From positions 118 to 64,117 of the forward strand of contig CAZIJQ010000001.1 of assembly GCA_964539785.1 (NCBI GenBank): 64,000 bases of DNA, given 5' to 3'. The stretch's first letter is position 1. Every line of letters starts with the position of its first letter. The notes beneath the pieces are model-generated. The model ran no database searches. It worked only from the letters and a program-made list of their open reading frames with translations, and had not been told where the DNA came from. Below, one piece after another: positions 17,958-28,401 of this stretch. A program made the translations under genes and the position numbers. The DNA comes from an uncultured bacterium (lineage in GTDB: Bacteria; Fidelibacterota; Marinisomatia; Marinisomatales; TCS56).

Positions 17958-19897
17958 GAATTATTAACAGCGATGTACTGGTAATTGGTGCTGGACTGGC
18001 TGGCGAACGGACGGCAATTGCCTGTGCCAAACGTGGCCTGGATGTAACAATATTATCACTGGTTCCGCCCCGCCGCAGCCATTCCTCGGCCGCTCAGGGC
18101 GGTATGCAGGCTTCTCTGGCTAATACTACAATGGGTAAGGGCGACAACCCTACTATTCATTGGCTCGATACGGTTAAGGGTTCAGATTGGGGCTGTGACC
18201 AGGAAGTTGCCCGCATTTTCGCCGATAACGCCCCCATCGCCATGCGCGAGATGGCTCATTTCGGCGTACCCTGGAATCGAGTAAAAGGCGGTAAACAGCA
18301 AGTATTTATTAAGGGTAAAAAAGCCGAGATCGAAGAAGATTTTGCTAACGAAGGGTTAATCACCTCTCGAGCGTTCGGCGGTACTGCTAAATGGCGGACT
18401 TGCTACACAGCCGATGGTACCGGACACACGGTACTGTACACCATGGATAATATGGTTCTGCAGCTCGGTATTTCAGTCCATGATCGGATGGAAGCGATTC
18501 GACTGATCCAAAAGGATAACCGTTGTGTGGGCGCCATTGTGCGCTCCCTGCGGGACGGTGAAATTCTGGCCTACATGGCCAAAGCTACCGTGATTGCTAC
18601 CGGTGGTTACGGCCGCATCTATGGTGAATCCACCAATGCCGTTATCAACGAAGGTACCGGTTCCTGGCTGGCTCTCCAGACCGGCGTGGTTCCCTTGGGC
18701 AACATGGAGGCGGTTCAAGTCCATCCAACCGGTATTGTGCCCACCGACATTCTGGTAACCGAAGGTTGCCGCGGTGACGGTGGTTTATTGTTGGATGTGG
18801 ATGAATACCGTTTCATGCCCGACTACGAACCGGAAAAAATGGAACTCGCTTCCCGGGACGTGGTGTCGCGCCGGATGAAAGAGCACATGTTAAAAGGCAA
18901 AGGCGTTCAGTCCGATTATGGGGAACATCTGTGGTTGGACCTGCGCCATCTTGGTGAACACCATCTCACAACCAAACTCCGGGAAGTCTATGATATCTGT
19001 ATGTATTTCATCGGCGTAAATCCAATTACCGAATTGGTGCCGGTGCGGCCGACCCAGCACTATTCCATGGGTGGTATCCGTGTCAATAAGGATGGGCATG
19101 CCTACAACATGGAAGGACTGTTCGCCCTTGGCGAAGTAGCCTGCTGGGATATGCATGGTTTCAACCGTTTAGGTGGAAATTCACTGGCTGAGACGGTAGT
19201 TGCCGGTATGGTGGTTGGAAAACAGGTCGCTGCCTATGCTAAAAAAGCAGAATTGAATGTTGAAGTTACATTGGCAGAAGAAGCCGCCGCCCTAGAACGG
19301 AAAAAAATGGATCGATTAATGAACGGTGAAGGCGAAGAGAATGTTTACCAACTGCGGGATGAAATTGGACGCATTCTGACCAAATATGTTCACATATTCC
19401 GTACCGGCGAAGGTCTCCAAACTGCCGTAAATGAATTAAAGGTAATAGTGGATCGCACGAAAAATGTAAAAGTGCGCACATCAGCACCGGGAATGAATCC
19501 GGAATTATCGATTGCCCTGCGGATCGAAGGTATGGCCAAGCAGGCCTACGTGATTGCCAAAGGTGCCCTGGACCGGACCGAATCCCGCGGTGCCCATTCC
19601 CGCGAAGATTACCCGGCCCGCGATGATAAAAACTGGCTGAACCGTACTCTGGTACGCTGGGTGGAAGGCGAGGCTGATCCGGTTTTCGATTATGAACCGG
19701 TGGGCTTACTTGACCTGCCTCCTGGCGACCGTGGCTATGGTGGCGGTCAGATGATCGATATGGACATAACGGTGGATGAATATAACAAACAGGTTGATCC
19801 GGGACAGATCACCAATGGGCGTTTGCAACCGGCTGAACCGACAGGAAAGAAATTACCGAAAGAGGCCTGGCGGGCCGAATTGAAAGGAAAGGAGTAG
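17954..19897 (+). CDS. sdhA: succinate dehydrogenase/fumarate reductase flavoprotein subunit
   Basis: N-terminal FAD fold DVLVIGAGLAGERTAI, SHSSAAQGG (covalent FAD His), HPTG, RGAHSREDYP. True start is ATG 17954 after a GGAAGGAG Shine-Dalgarno. The track start at 17594 is an out-of-context extension overlapping sdhC. Confidence 0.95.
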   Translation: MRIINSDVLVIGAGLAGERTAIACAKRGLDVTILSLVPPRRSHSSAAQGGMQASLANTTMGKGDNPTIHWLDTVKGSDWGCDQEVARIFADNAPIAMREMAHFGVPWNRVKGGKQQVFIKGKKAEIEEDFANEGLITSRAFGGTAKWRTCYTADGTGHTVLYTMDNMVLQLGISVHDRMEAIRLIQKDNRCVGAIVRSLRDGEILAYMAKATVIATGGYGRIYGESTNAVINEGTGSWLALQTGVVPLGNMEAVQVHPTGIVPTDILVTEGCRGDGGLLLDVDEYRFMPDYEPEKMELASRDVVSRRMKEHMLKGKGVQSDYGEHLWLDLRHLGEHHLTTKLREVYDICMYFIGVNPITELVPVRPTQHYSMGGIRVNKDGHAYNMEGLFALGEVACWDMHGFNRLGGNSLAETVVAGMVVGKQVAAYAKKAELNVEVTLAEEAAALERKKMDRLMNGEGEENVYQLRDEIGRILTKYVHIFRTGEGLQTAVNELKVIVDRTKNVKVRTSAPGMNPELSIALRIEGMAKQAYVIAKGALDRTESRGAHSREDYPARDDKNWLNRTLVRWVEGEADPVFDYEPVGLLDLPPGDRGYGGGQMIDMDITVDEYNKQVDPGQITNGRLQPAEPTGKKLPKEAWRAELKGKE

Positions 19898-19900
19898 GCA

Positions 19901-20626
19901 ATGGGACGGACATTAACTTTCAAAATCTTCCGGTATAATCCTACCAAATTGAATGATAAACCCCACATGGAAGCTTATTGGTTGGAAGAAATTCCGCGCT
20001 TGAATGTATTTACCGCATTGAATATGATCCGCGAGCAACAGGCTCCCGACCTGATGTTTGATTTCGTCTGCCGGGCTGGTATTTGCGGTTCCTGCGCCAT
20101 GGTGATCAACGGCCGACCGACTCTGGCTTGCCGCACACTGACTGCCGATCTACCAGAAACGATTGAACTGTTCCCATTGCCGTTTTTCAAGCTGTTGGGC
20201 GATCTTTCGGTCGATACTGGTGTCTGGTTCCGTGAAATGGGGGAGCGACTGGAATCCTGGGTGCATAACCATAAGGAATTTGATCCGCAGGCAATTGAAG
20301 AGCGGATGGACAATGAAACAGCGATAAAAATCTATAACTCGGAACGCTGTATCGAATGTGGTTGCTGCATCGCTGGTTGTGCCACTGCTCAGGTTTATCC
20401 CGATTTCATCGGTGCCGCCGGACTGAACCGGATCGGTCGCTTCCTGTTTGACCCCAGGGATGAACGGGGCGACCAAGAATGGTTTGAATTGGTATCTACC
20501 GATGAGGGAATTTTCGGTTGTATCGGTATGATGGCCTGTGATGATGTGTGTCCCAAAGATCTGCCCTTACTGGAGGTTTTTGCTTACATTCGCCGTAAGG
20601 TCAGCGGGATTGCCATTAAAAAATAG
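19901..20626 (+). CDS. sdhB: succinate dehydrogenase/fumarate reductase iron-sulfur subunit
   Basis: Cys clusters CRAGICGSCAM..C, CIECGCCIAGC and CIGMMACDDVCPK. Confidence 0.95.
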   Translation: MGRTLTFKIFRYNPTKLNDKPHMEAYWLEEIPRLNVFTALNMIREQQAPDLMFDFVCRAGICGSCAMVINGRPTLACRTLTADLPETIELFPLPFFKLLGDLSVDTGVWFREMGERLESWVHNHKEFDPQAIEERMDNETAIKIYNSERCIECGCCIAGCATAQVYPDFIGAAGLNRIGRFLFDPRDERGDQEWFELVSTDEGIFGCIGMMACDDVCPKDLPLLEVFAYIRRKVSGIAIKK

Positions 20627-20647
20627 ATTGTCGATTAATATGTTATT

Positions 20648-20679
20648 AAAAAGGCCATTCGTTTTGAGTGGCCTTTTTT
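20648..20679. terminator. bidirectional intrinsic terminator
   Basis: AAAAAGGCCA (20648-57) pairs with TGGCCTTTTT (20669-78) around an 11-nt loop. Lies between convergent sdhB and tonB. Confidence 0.75.
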
Positions 20680-20720
20680 AATTTAGTTTAAAGAGTATTA
20701 TTACGTAATTAAGACTACAA

Positions 20721-21365
20721 TTAGTTTCTTAACTTAAAGTTTACCGGGATTGAAATCCAGACACCAACTGCGCGATCGCGCTGTTTGGCGGGTTTGAATC
20801 TGGTTTTTCGGATAGCTTCCATAGCCGCTTCATCGAGACCAGTATTAGGGATTCCCTTCAGGATTACGGTCTGGGTCACCCGACCGGCTTTATCAATAAA
20901 AGCCTGTACAATTACAGTTCCTTCGATGCCTGCTTCCTGGGCAATCGGGGGGTATTCCACATTGCGTTGAATTGCAGAGTAACCACCAATCGGGACTGGA
21001 GGATCATCATATGGAATGAATTTAACCTGAGGACCATCCGGTGGAGGAGGTGGAGCGTCCCAGGCTTCGAAATCATCAAATTCGAAATCTTCCATTACGA
21101 CATCTTCAGCAATGTCCTCGCTTTCTGAGGCGACCGGTACTGATGGGCGGGCTGGTGGTGGTGGTCGATCGATTTGTTGGGTTTGCTGAATTTCCTCGAT
21201 TTCAACTTCTCGGGCAATATCTTGTTTCAGCATTTGTTTATGAATGAAGCGGGGGAAAACCAGAAACCCCAGGGTGATTACCAGTACGCCGACTAAAGTT
21301 GTAACTCGAATAATTAGCGGATATTTGTATTTTAAGGAAGCTGAAGTATCGTCACGTAATATCAC
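20721..21365 (-). CDS. tonB: TonB family energy transducer
   Basis: N-terminal TM anchor, Pro-rich spacer (PPPPARPSVPV, PPPPPDGP), C-terminal TonB domain YPPIAQEAGIEGTVIV..F.PAK. Confidence 0.85.
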   Translation of the reverse strand: MILRDDTSASLKYKYPLIIRVTTLVGVLVITLGFLVFPRFIHKQMLKQDIAREVEIEEIQQTQQIDRPPPPARPSVPVASESEDIAEDVVMEDFEFDDFEAWDAPPPPPDGPQVKFIPYDDPPVPIGGYSAIQRNVEYPPIAQEAGIEGTVIVQAFIDKAGRVTQTVILKGIPNTGLDEAAMEAIRKTRFKPAKQRDRAVGVWISIPVNFKLRN

Positions 21366-21367
21366 GA

Positions 21368-21778
21368 TTAATCACCGGCCATTAATGTTGAGTAGTTCAA
21401 ACGAAGAGCATCCGCTTTACGCAATTCATTTTGCACTGCTACAATTTGCCCCATGCGAGCTTCTTTGTCGGCTTTAAGGGAAATGGTCAATTCAGCATCA
21501 TTTTTACGTTTTTCATAAATAGTCCAGCGGACATCTTCGACTTGGTGGATTTTATCCTGAATGGAAATAAAACCATCTTTGGAAATCCAGATGTTGCTGG
21601 TATGAATTTTGGACTTCAACTGAGCAATTCGTTGGGCGGTGGGAAGATTTATCCTGAGGCCGTCTTCAGTACGTAAAACAGTAGTTACCATAAAGAAGAT
21701 CAACAACATGAAAATTATATCCGGCATGGACGCAGTTGATATCTCACTAGATACTTCGGTTTTTTTCTTGAATTTCAT
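21368..21778 (-). CDS. exbD: ExbD/TolR family biopolymer transport protein
   Basis: MPDIIFMLLIFFMVTT TM motif; 136 aa. Confidence 0.85.
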   Translation of the reverse strand: MKFKKKTEVSSEISTASMPDIIFMLLIFFMVTTVLRTEDGLRINLPTAQRIAQLKSKIHTSNIWISKDGFISIQDKIHQVEDVRWTIYEKRKNDAELTISLKADKEARMGQIVAVQNELRKADALRLNYSTLMAGD

Positions 21779-22170
21779 TAGCCGGTCTCCGCGATAGAGA
21801 TTTTCGCATCTGCCATTTTCAGCTGATCAATAACCTGTATATAGTCATCGTAGCGGGTCTTAGCATGTGATTTCACGGATACGATGAGATTTTCATTTTG
21901 GGCCATTTTTTCTTTAACAAAACGACTGATATTCTTCACTTCTATTGGTTCATCTCCCAGTAAAACATTACCGGAAGAATTTATCAGGCAATTGAGGATG
22001 TTTTTTTGGTGCATCTCAAAAACCTCACCCTCGGCAGGTAAAATAATACCAAGCCCCTTATCCATATCAATAGTTGTTGTAACCAGAAAGAAAATTAGCA
22101 GTAGGAAGGCGATATCGGCCATTGAAGAGGTCTGAATTGCTGCCCCTTTAAATCTGCGTTTTTTCATCAT
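21778..22170 (-). CDS. exbD: ExbD/TolR family biopolymer transport protein
   Basis: SSMADIAFLLLIFFLVTT motif; 130 aa. Confidence 0.85.
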   Translation of the reverse strand: MMKKRRFKGAAIQTSSMADIAFLLLIFFLVTTTIDMDKGLGIILPAEGEVFEMHQKNILNCLINSSGNVLLGDEPIEVKNISRFVKEKMAQNENLIVSVKSHAKTRYDDYIQVIDQLKMADAKISIAETG

Positions 22171-22175
22171 CAGAT

Positions 22176-22796
22176 TTACTGCTTATTTTGCTGTTCCAGT
22201 TCAACCAAACGATCAACTAATAGGACCGAATTTTCTTCCATGTCAAGGACCAGTTTATCAATTCGCGAGACAAAGAAACTTTGGAAGAATGAGATTGTGA
22301 TAGCTACTATCAGACCAAAAGCCGTAGTTAATAGTGCCATGGAAATACCGTCAGCAACTACAGCCGGTGAGATATTGTTCATTTTTTTAATATCATCAAA
22401 GGCCTTGATCATTCCAACAACCGTCCCAGTGAATCCAAGCATCGGCGCAACGGTGATCGAAACATTCAACCAGATCATATTCCGTTCAAGAAAAGCCATT
22501 TCCAGCGATCCGGCATTCTGGATAGCTTTTTCAACATCAGCAATTCCGCGACTAGCACGGGAAAGACCGGCATGAAATATTTCCGCTACCGGACCTCGGG
22601 TATTGTTACATAATTTAAGTGCTTGATCCACGCCGCCGGTATCTAAAGTCTCATTGATCTCTTTCAGAAATTTTTTCGAATTGATCGACGACATTGTAAG
22701 CGTATACAGCCTTTCGAATGAAAAGGCCAGTCCGAAGATGAAGAAGCCAAGAATTGGCCACATAAACAAGCCACCTTGCAAGAAGTAGTTTACCAT
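22176..22796 (-). CDS. exbB: MotA/TolQ/ExbB proton channel protein
   Basis: Three TM segments. Conserved APMLGFTGTVVGMI and MALLTTAFGL segments. Confidence 0.9.
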   Translation of the reverse strand: MVNYFLQGGLFMWPILGFFIFGLAFSFERLYTLTMSSINSKKFLKEINETLDTGGVDQALKLCNNTRGPVAEIFHAGLSRASRGIADVEKAIQNAGSLEMAFLERNMIWLNVSITVAPMLGFTGTVVGMIKAFDDIKKMNNISPAVVADGISMALLTTAFGLIVAITISFFQSFFVSRIDKLVLDMEENSVLLVDRLVELEQQNKQ

Positions 22797-22881
22797 TTAA
22801 TCCTCCGTATGGTTAAAAATCCAAGAAGAAAGTTATGACCAAAAGAAAAGACTTGTCAATAATCCTTGTCGACGTAATCAA

Positions 22882-24504
22882 TTAATTTGGACTGGAATTA
22901 TTAATGAAAGTTGCAGCTTCATCAAAATGCTCCAAAGCGCTCATTACCTGGTTGTCAAACATGCGACGAATACCCGATTCTTCATCATGGCCCCAATTGA
23001 CACCGGCAATTTCTGCTTTCAGCATATTTTTCAAGTAATCCTTGTCTTCCTCGACGGCTAGAGAATCAAATGAAATCTGCTCGGTTTTCAGATACGACAC
23101 AAACGATTCGAATTGTTGGTCAGAAAGCACCCAATCAATTTGGAAAGAATGATAATCAGATAGATCGTTTTTATGCTCACTAAGAAATTTGGCGCCCCAG
23201 TTAAACAGGGGACGTTTGGCATTATTTAGCAGTAAACGGTTCGCCTTATTCAATTCCAAATGCCAGGGAATATACAAGTCTGGCGTAATACCGCCGCCGC
23301 CATAAACAACCCGGTTAGCACGGGTATAGTATTTTGGGCGGTCAGCCAGAGCTGAGTCAGATTGAGATTCCCGATTTTCATCCATCAGGTCGCTGTAGTA
23401 ATCACGGATATTGCCATCTTCATAAGGTCGTTGAATCAACCGTCCACTTGGTGTATAGTATTGGGCAATTGTCACACGCAGGGCTGCGCCGTTATTGAGC
23501 GACAACTGTCTTTGAACTAATCCTTTGCCAAAACTGGTCTCGCCAACCACCAAACCACGGTCGAGATCTTGAATTGCCCCGGCAACTATTTCACTGGCGC
23601 TAGCGGAACCGCGATTAATCAATACAATCAGAGGAAAATCATCTCGCCCTTTCTTGGGATCAGCTAAAAAAACCTGCTCCATATCGCGGCGTTTGCCAGA
23701 CGTATAAACTAAGGTGTCATGTTGGGTGATAAATAGATTGGCTACTTCGGCAGCCTGTTCAAGATAACCACCACCATTATTTCGCAGATCCAGAATTAGA
23801 CGTTCCAGACCCTCATCGTCCAGTTTGTCCAGTGCCTTGCGCAGTTCGTCAATCGTTGTTGCCGAAAACCGGGTAAGTAGAATATAACCGGTGCTGTCAT
23901 CCAGCATAGTAGCGGCACGAATACTATAAATAGGAATATCGTCGCGAATTATTGTTACATCAAAGGGATCTTTCAACCCTAACCGGCTTACGGTAATGTC
24001 AACCCGGCTGCCTTTAGGCCCCCGCAATTTTTTAAACACTTCTTCCCGGGTGATGAGATAGGCATCTTCGCCATTGATGGCGATTATTTGATCACCGGAT
24101 TGAAGCCCCACAGCTTCTGAGGGACTCCCGGCAACGGGTGAAATCACTGTTATATATCCATTTAAAATGTCGAACTCTATTCCGATTCCCTGGAATTTTC
24201 CCTGGAAAAGTTCGGCGATTTCCTCTTGTTGTTTGGCCGGGATATAAACAGAATGAGGATCCAGTTCACCCATCAAACCCTGGAAAGCCCCATCCCATAA
24301 TTTTTCCCATTCAACCGGTTCAAAATATAATTTATCAACTATGCTGATAATCTGGTTTAGCACAGCCATATTGGTTTTGATTGTCTGGTAGATAGATTGA
24401 TCGCGCGAATAAAGATAGCGCGTTACAGGTAACAAACCGACAATAAAGGCAATTATTAACAGTGCAATGAGTAGCTTAGATAGTTTTTTGGACATGTGTT
24501 TCAC
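22882..24504 (-). CDS. ctpA: S41 family carboxy-terminal processing peptidase
   Basis: PDZ segment GIGIEF..VISPVAGSPSEAVGLQSGDQIIAING, catalytic region LINRGSASASEIVAGAIQD..GETSFGKGLVQ. Confidence 0.9.
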   Translation of the reverse strand: MKHMSKKLSKLLIALLIIAFIVGLLPVTRYLYSRDQSIYQTIKTNMAVLNQIISIVDKLYFEPVEWEKLWDGAFQGLMGELDPHSVYIPAKQQEEIAELFQGKFQGIGIEFDILNGYITVISPVAGSPSEAVGLQSGDQIIAINGEDAYLITREEVFKKLRGPKGSRVDITVSRLGLKDPFDVTIIRDDIPIYSIRAATMLDDSTGYILLTRFSATTIDELRKALDKLDDEGLERLILDLRNNGGGYLEQAAEVANLFITQHDTLVYTSGKRRDMEQVFLADPKKGRDDFPLIVLINRGSASASEIVAGAIQDLDRGLVVGETSFGKGLVQRQLSLNNGAALRVTIAQYYTPSGRLIQRPYEDGNIRDYYSDLMDENRESQSDSALADRPKYYTRANRVVYGGGGITPDLYIPWHLELNKANRLLLNNAKRPLFNWGAKFLSEHKNDLSDYHSFQIDWVLSDQQFESFVSYLKTEQISFDSLAVEEDKDYLKNMLKAEIAGVNWGHDEESGIRRMFDNQVMSALEHFDEAATFINNSSPN

Positions 24505-24551
24505 AGTTTAATTATACTTTTTTTAAGCTGAATAAGTTCAGGGAATTTATG

Positions 24552-25286
24552 TCAGATGCCAAAATATAGCATCGAACGAATGGCAATTCCCTGGAAGATT
24601 GATTCAGGAGAATTACTGATTGGTTCATGACCATTTAGAATCCACCGTCCGGCATTTACCGTACCTTTATTGAAACCGACACCGATTCGCAGCCCAACAC
24701 GGTTCATTATTTGCCACTTGAACATCAAATAAGGCTGGAGGTTGAAAAACATACCTGAAAAACTGGTGGAATGAGCAACGGTGATTACGGATCCATGAAC
24801 AACGGCAAATTGATCGTCCCAGTTTGGAGATCCGGGACTCTGACTCAATAACAGGTTTGCTTTACCCATACCCATCATGATGCCGGTAGAAATTTCAAAA
24901 TCACGGAAAAGAGGAATAGCGTATTCTATGGTGGCTGCCCCCATCATGATTGACAAGGTAGCTTCAATTGATTTATTAGTAGCATTCGTTGTATCCAATG
25001 AACTGATTTTCGACAGACCCAGACCGGCGTAGCCACCCAGTTTCCAATGGCCGGCCAGCTTGGCAAATCCTTCCCCGCCATGGATTATAAAAGGGGTGCG
25101 GAACAATGATTGGTCGAGGTTCAGATCGGTCAGATTATCCAGCGCGCCAATGGCTGAATAATCGAGATTTAGAAAAATCGGACTATAGCCGATACCGCTG
25201 CCAGAGAAATCCTCCACGGGATATAAGTTATCCTGACTGTATCCAAGAGAAATTAACAGCAAAGGAATTATTAGTGTCTTTTTCAT
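24552..25286 (-). CDS. hypothetical outer-membrane beta-barrel protein
   Basis: Signal peptide MKKTLIIPLLLISLGYSQ. Alternating Gly/aromatic-rich strands. No family recognised. Confidence 0.4.
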   Translation of the reverse strand: MKKTLIIPLLLISLGYSQDNLYPVEDFSGSGIGYSPIFLNLDYSAIGALDNLTDLNLDQSLFRTPFIIHGGEGFAKLAGHWKLGGYAGLGLSKISSLDTTNATNKSIEATLSIMMGAATIEYAIPLFRDFEISTGIMMGMGKANLLLSQSPGSPNWDDQFAVVHGSVITVAHSTSFSGMFFNLQPYLMFKWQIMNRVGLRIGVGFNKGTVNAGRWILNGHEPISNSPESIFQGIAIRSMLYFGI

Positions 25287-25506
25287 GTTACCCTTCCGTG
25301 ATTATTGGGCTGATTACATTGACAATTTATTCTTACTTCATGGAAATTGAAACCGTAAAAATGATGATTCTTAAAATGTCCGTTAGGGAATATTTTGTCA
25401 TGGGTCTTTTCCTTGTATTATTCAAGAACACTATCCTATATTTACTTAGCTTAAGAGGTAAAGGGAGATCGATACTACAAACGTAATAACAATAATCGAT
25501 AATACT

Positions 25507-28359
25507 ATGCGTAAGGCCCACAGTTTTATGTTAAATAAAAAAGTTGCCAATTATCATCGATTGTTGGCATTTATATTGGTAGCAACCTTGGGTGCAATTA
25601 CACCCAACAATCCGGAACAAACAAAACTGGTTCTGTATACTGATGGTACCTATGATCTAGATCAGGACGGACTGAGTGAATTACTGCTAGTTGTACGTCA
25701 GTCTGATGGTGGTACTATTCTGGAATATGTCGAAATAGACAAGGCCCAAAATCACCAAACAATCTGGAAATTTATTCCTGATGCTGACCGGATAGGATTA
25801 TTTACCGATGTTAAGATTGTTAACATTGATCAAGACGGCCCGCCGGAACTAGTCGGAATTTTGCAGACATCCTATAATGGCAGCAATTTTAATGAGCCCT
25901 GGCTGTATGTATTTCAATGGCTTGGCGACACGTTTTCATCAGTACCGATTGTTTTAGCTGATGACCGGCTCAGCGAACAATTCATCAGACCTGGCAATTT
26001 GAGTTTTTTAAGCCGGGAAACACCGGCCGGTTCTGGCCTGGCAATATCATTTGGCAGCCCCCTGCGGGAAATATTGATTCTGGACATTGATTATCACCAG
26101 CAGCCCTGGAAATTTTCCGGGCAATATCATTTACAGCCGGAATTATTCAAAAATGGTTATGGCCGGGTTTATACAGCAGCTTTTAATCATGAAGGCCGTG
26201 AGCTATTGGCCGTGTTCAGTCCGGAAGGAAGCCTGCTAAAAACGGTTATCTACGATCTGGAGCCGGAACCGCATGAAATATTGTCTGATGTTCTGACTAT
26301 CAATGGCGCCCGGTTTATCAGAGCCGCTGAAATAATGACTACCGATTTCAATGGTGATGGTGATAATGAATTATTAATACCATTCGATAACGGTGATCTG
26401 GCAATTGTTTCTATCGTTGATGGAGAGCTACAGCTTAAAATTTCTGATTTGAATGGGCACGACCTGTTTATTTTACCCGAGCCGGCGACCGAAAATGATA
26501 TTAATAATATGGTTATGGCGCGAATAGAAAATGGATTATTCAGTACATTGCGCACTGAGCCAGTGCGAATTGCTTCCGTGTCTAAAGAGGAAGTGGAAGA
26601 TTATCTTGATCCCGATTTTCAGTTGGATGTGGAAATCACAGACACAATTATGCTTGGAGATCAGTTTTTCCAAACTGTCATAACCGATACAGCCTCGGAG
26701 TTTTACAGTTTACAATGGTTAATACCGCCCCCTGAAGGTGTGGAGTTTGACCCGGTAGCTGGTACAATCACCTGGTTTCCCACCATTTTGCAGATTGGCT
26801 CACACCAGTTCAAATACAAAACAGAACAAAGAATTGGTGAAAAAATTCTGATTGTGGAAGACGCCTCCGGACTCCGACATCAGATTGTACCAGTCCTGAC
26901 TGATGTAATTACTGATTTTGGTGTTCTTGTGAAAGATTCAATCGTTATCGTCGCTGAAACCTTTACTAGATCAGGTGCACAGCCATCATCGGTCATGGAA
27001 TTGTATAGTGTGGCGGCTTTAATTCCAGATGACAAAATTGATAATCGATTTATTTTTGAGGGTGTACCGCCATTCGGTCTCACTACTGCCGAATTCACAC
27101 AGATCGGTGCCGGAAAAAGTCTGATGCACAGCATTACCGCCGATGTAACCAATATTATTGAAGATAAAAAAATAAGTTTTTCTTATTCATCGCCGGTTTC
27201 GACAGTTATGCCAACCGCCACATTCAAGGTTATTCATGATTTGGATAATAATTTGATGACCCTGTTGATCTCACCCGCCATTGATGGCGTCAGGCAATCG
27301 CTTAATCCCGAGGATCTTGCACCGGAATTATACCAGTTTCCGGAATATTTCTTCTCAGGGCTTCCCGAGAACATGACCAGGGAATTATTGGGCCAGAAGT
27401 TGCAATTCTCCATTTCGGAAGATACGCTCACCCAGAACACTCAATTGTCCTTTGTGGGTATTACCAGTCCCGCTAATCCGGCACACCTGCTGACACTTTA
27501 TTTCAATCAAGGAACACTGGAAGCAATCCGCGGGGAAGTTAAAATACAGCCCACTGGCAGCAAGAAAATAATTACCGAATTTGACTTTTCAGGCGAATTC
27601 AATCCGGTTCGTATTTCCACTCAGCTTAGATTTCCACGTATGCTGGCCCAGTCTGGCAAAACCGGTCTTTTCGATTCGGCAGATTCCAGCCTGGCCCCTA
27701 CCGGTACTGAATCAGAGCCGGTAGTAATTCCTGACTTCGGATTGGAGTTTGAACCTGGAAATTATGTTAAAATTTATGATGACGATAGTTATGATTTTTC
27801 AGCGGGGAATATTACTGTGGCGGCCTGGATCAAAACTACCGGACTGAATAAAGGCCAGGCAATTATATCCAAGGAAGATGAATTCCGTCTGGCATTTGAC
27901 CACAATGGTCAGCTTGAGTTTTGGACTGCCAACGATTCAGGAACAGGTAATATTATTGTGAGCCCCCTTCTTTTCCCCCAGGATAACTGGATTCATATTG
28001 CTGCAGCCCAGGATTCAATGGGAATGCGGTTATTTGAAAATGGCAACCTGATAGCCCAAAATTCTCTAACAGGTAAATTGATAGATAGTGATAATCCAGT
28101 GTATTTAGGTGGCTGGGATTTCTTTTCAGGATATCTCGACGAAATAATGATTTCTAGTAGTGGATATTATTCGGCGAATTTTATTCCGGTCCCAATGGTT
28201 GCTGATGTTGATTCCGCTTTGTCCGGCTTGTGGCATTTTAACACTGGCCAAGGTTATTCAGTAATTGATATGGTAAAAAACAATAATGGTGAAATATTTG
28301 GCGCCCAATGGGTTCCCGTGGATAAGGATGCAGTCGAACAACCAGAATCCGAAGAATAA
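25507..28359 (+). CDS. large secreted/anchored protein with an FG-GAP-like N-terminal region, a cadherin/He_PIG-like module and a C-terminal LamG (concanavalin A-like) domain
   Basis: N-terminal anchor. DLDQDGLSELLLV and DFNGDGDNELLIP repeats. LQWLIPPPEGVEFDPVAGTITWFP module. LamG-like ..ITVAAWIKT..NWIHIAAAQD..VYLGG..FSGYLDEIMIS. Confidence 0.6.
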   Translation: MRKAHSFMLNKKVANYHRLLAFILVATLGAITPNNPEQTKLVLYTDGTYDLDQDGLSELLLVVRQSDGGTILEYVEIDKAQNHQTIWKFIPDADRIGLFTDVKIVNIDQDGPPELVGILQTSYNGSNFNEPWLYVFQWLGDTFSSVPIVLADDRLSEQFIRPGNLSFLSRETPAGSGLAISFGSPLREILILDIDYHQQPWKFSGQYHLQPELFKNGYGRVYTAAFNHEGRELLAVFSPEGSLLKTVIYDLEPEPHEILSDVLTINGARFIRAAEIMTTDFNGDGDNELLIPFDNGDLAIVSIVDGELQLKISDLNGHDLFILPEPATENDINNMVMARIENGLFSTLRTEPVRIASVSKEEVEDYLDPDFQLDVEITDTIMLGDQFFQTVITDTASEFYSLQWLIPPPEGVEFDPVAGTITWFPTILQIGSHQFKYKTEQRIGEKILIVEDASGLRHQIVPVLTDVITDFGVLVKDSIVIVAETFTRSGAQPSSVMELYSVAALIPDDKIDNRFIFEGVPPFGLTTAEFTQIGAGKSLMHSITADVTNIIEDKKISFSYSSPVSTVMPTATFKVIHDLDNNLMTLLISPAIDGVRQSLNPEDLAPELYQFPEYFFSGLPENMTRELLGQKLQFSISEDTLTQNTQLSFVGITSPANPAHLLTLYFNQGTLEAIRGEVKIQPTGSKKIITEFDFSGEFNPVRISTQLRFPRMLAQSGKTGLFDSADSSLAPTGTESEPVVIPDFGLEFEPGNYVKIYDDDSYDFSAGNITVAAWIKTTGLNKGQAIISKEDEFRLAFDHNGQLEFWTANDSGTGNIIVSPLLFPQDNWIHIAAAQDSMGMRLFENGNLIAQNSLTGKLIDSDNPVYLGGWDFFSGYLDEIMISSSGYYSANFIPVPMVADVDSALSGLWHFNTGQGYSVIDMVKNNNGEIFGAQWVPVDKDAVEQPESEE

Positions 28360-28401
28360 TTTCAACCTGACATTTGATAATAATTCTGACGACCATCTAA
28401 T

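Noticed and set aside
18708-18725. A GGTTCAAGTCC T-loop-like motif suggesting a tRNA.
   Set aside because: It lies inside the sdhA coding frame and has no acceptor, D or anticodon arm context. No intergenic region in the window folds into a tRNA by eye.
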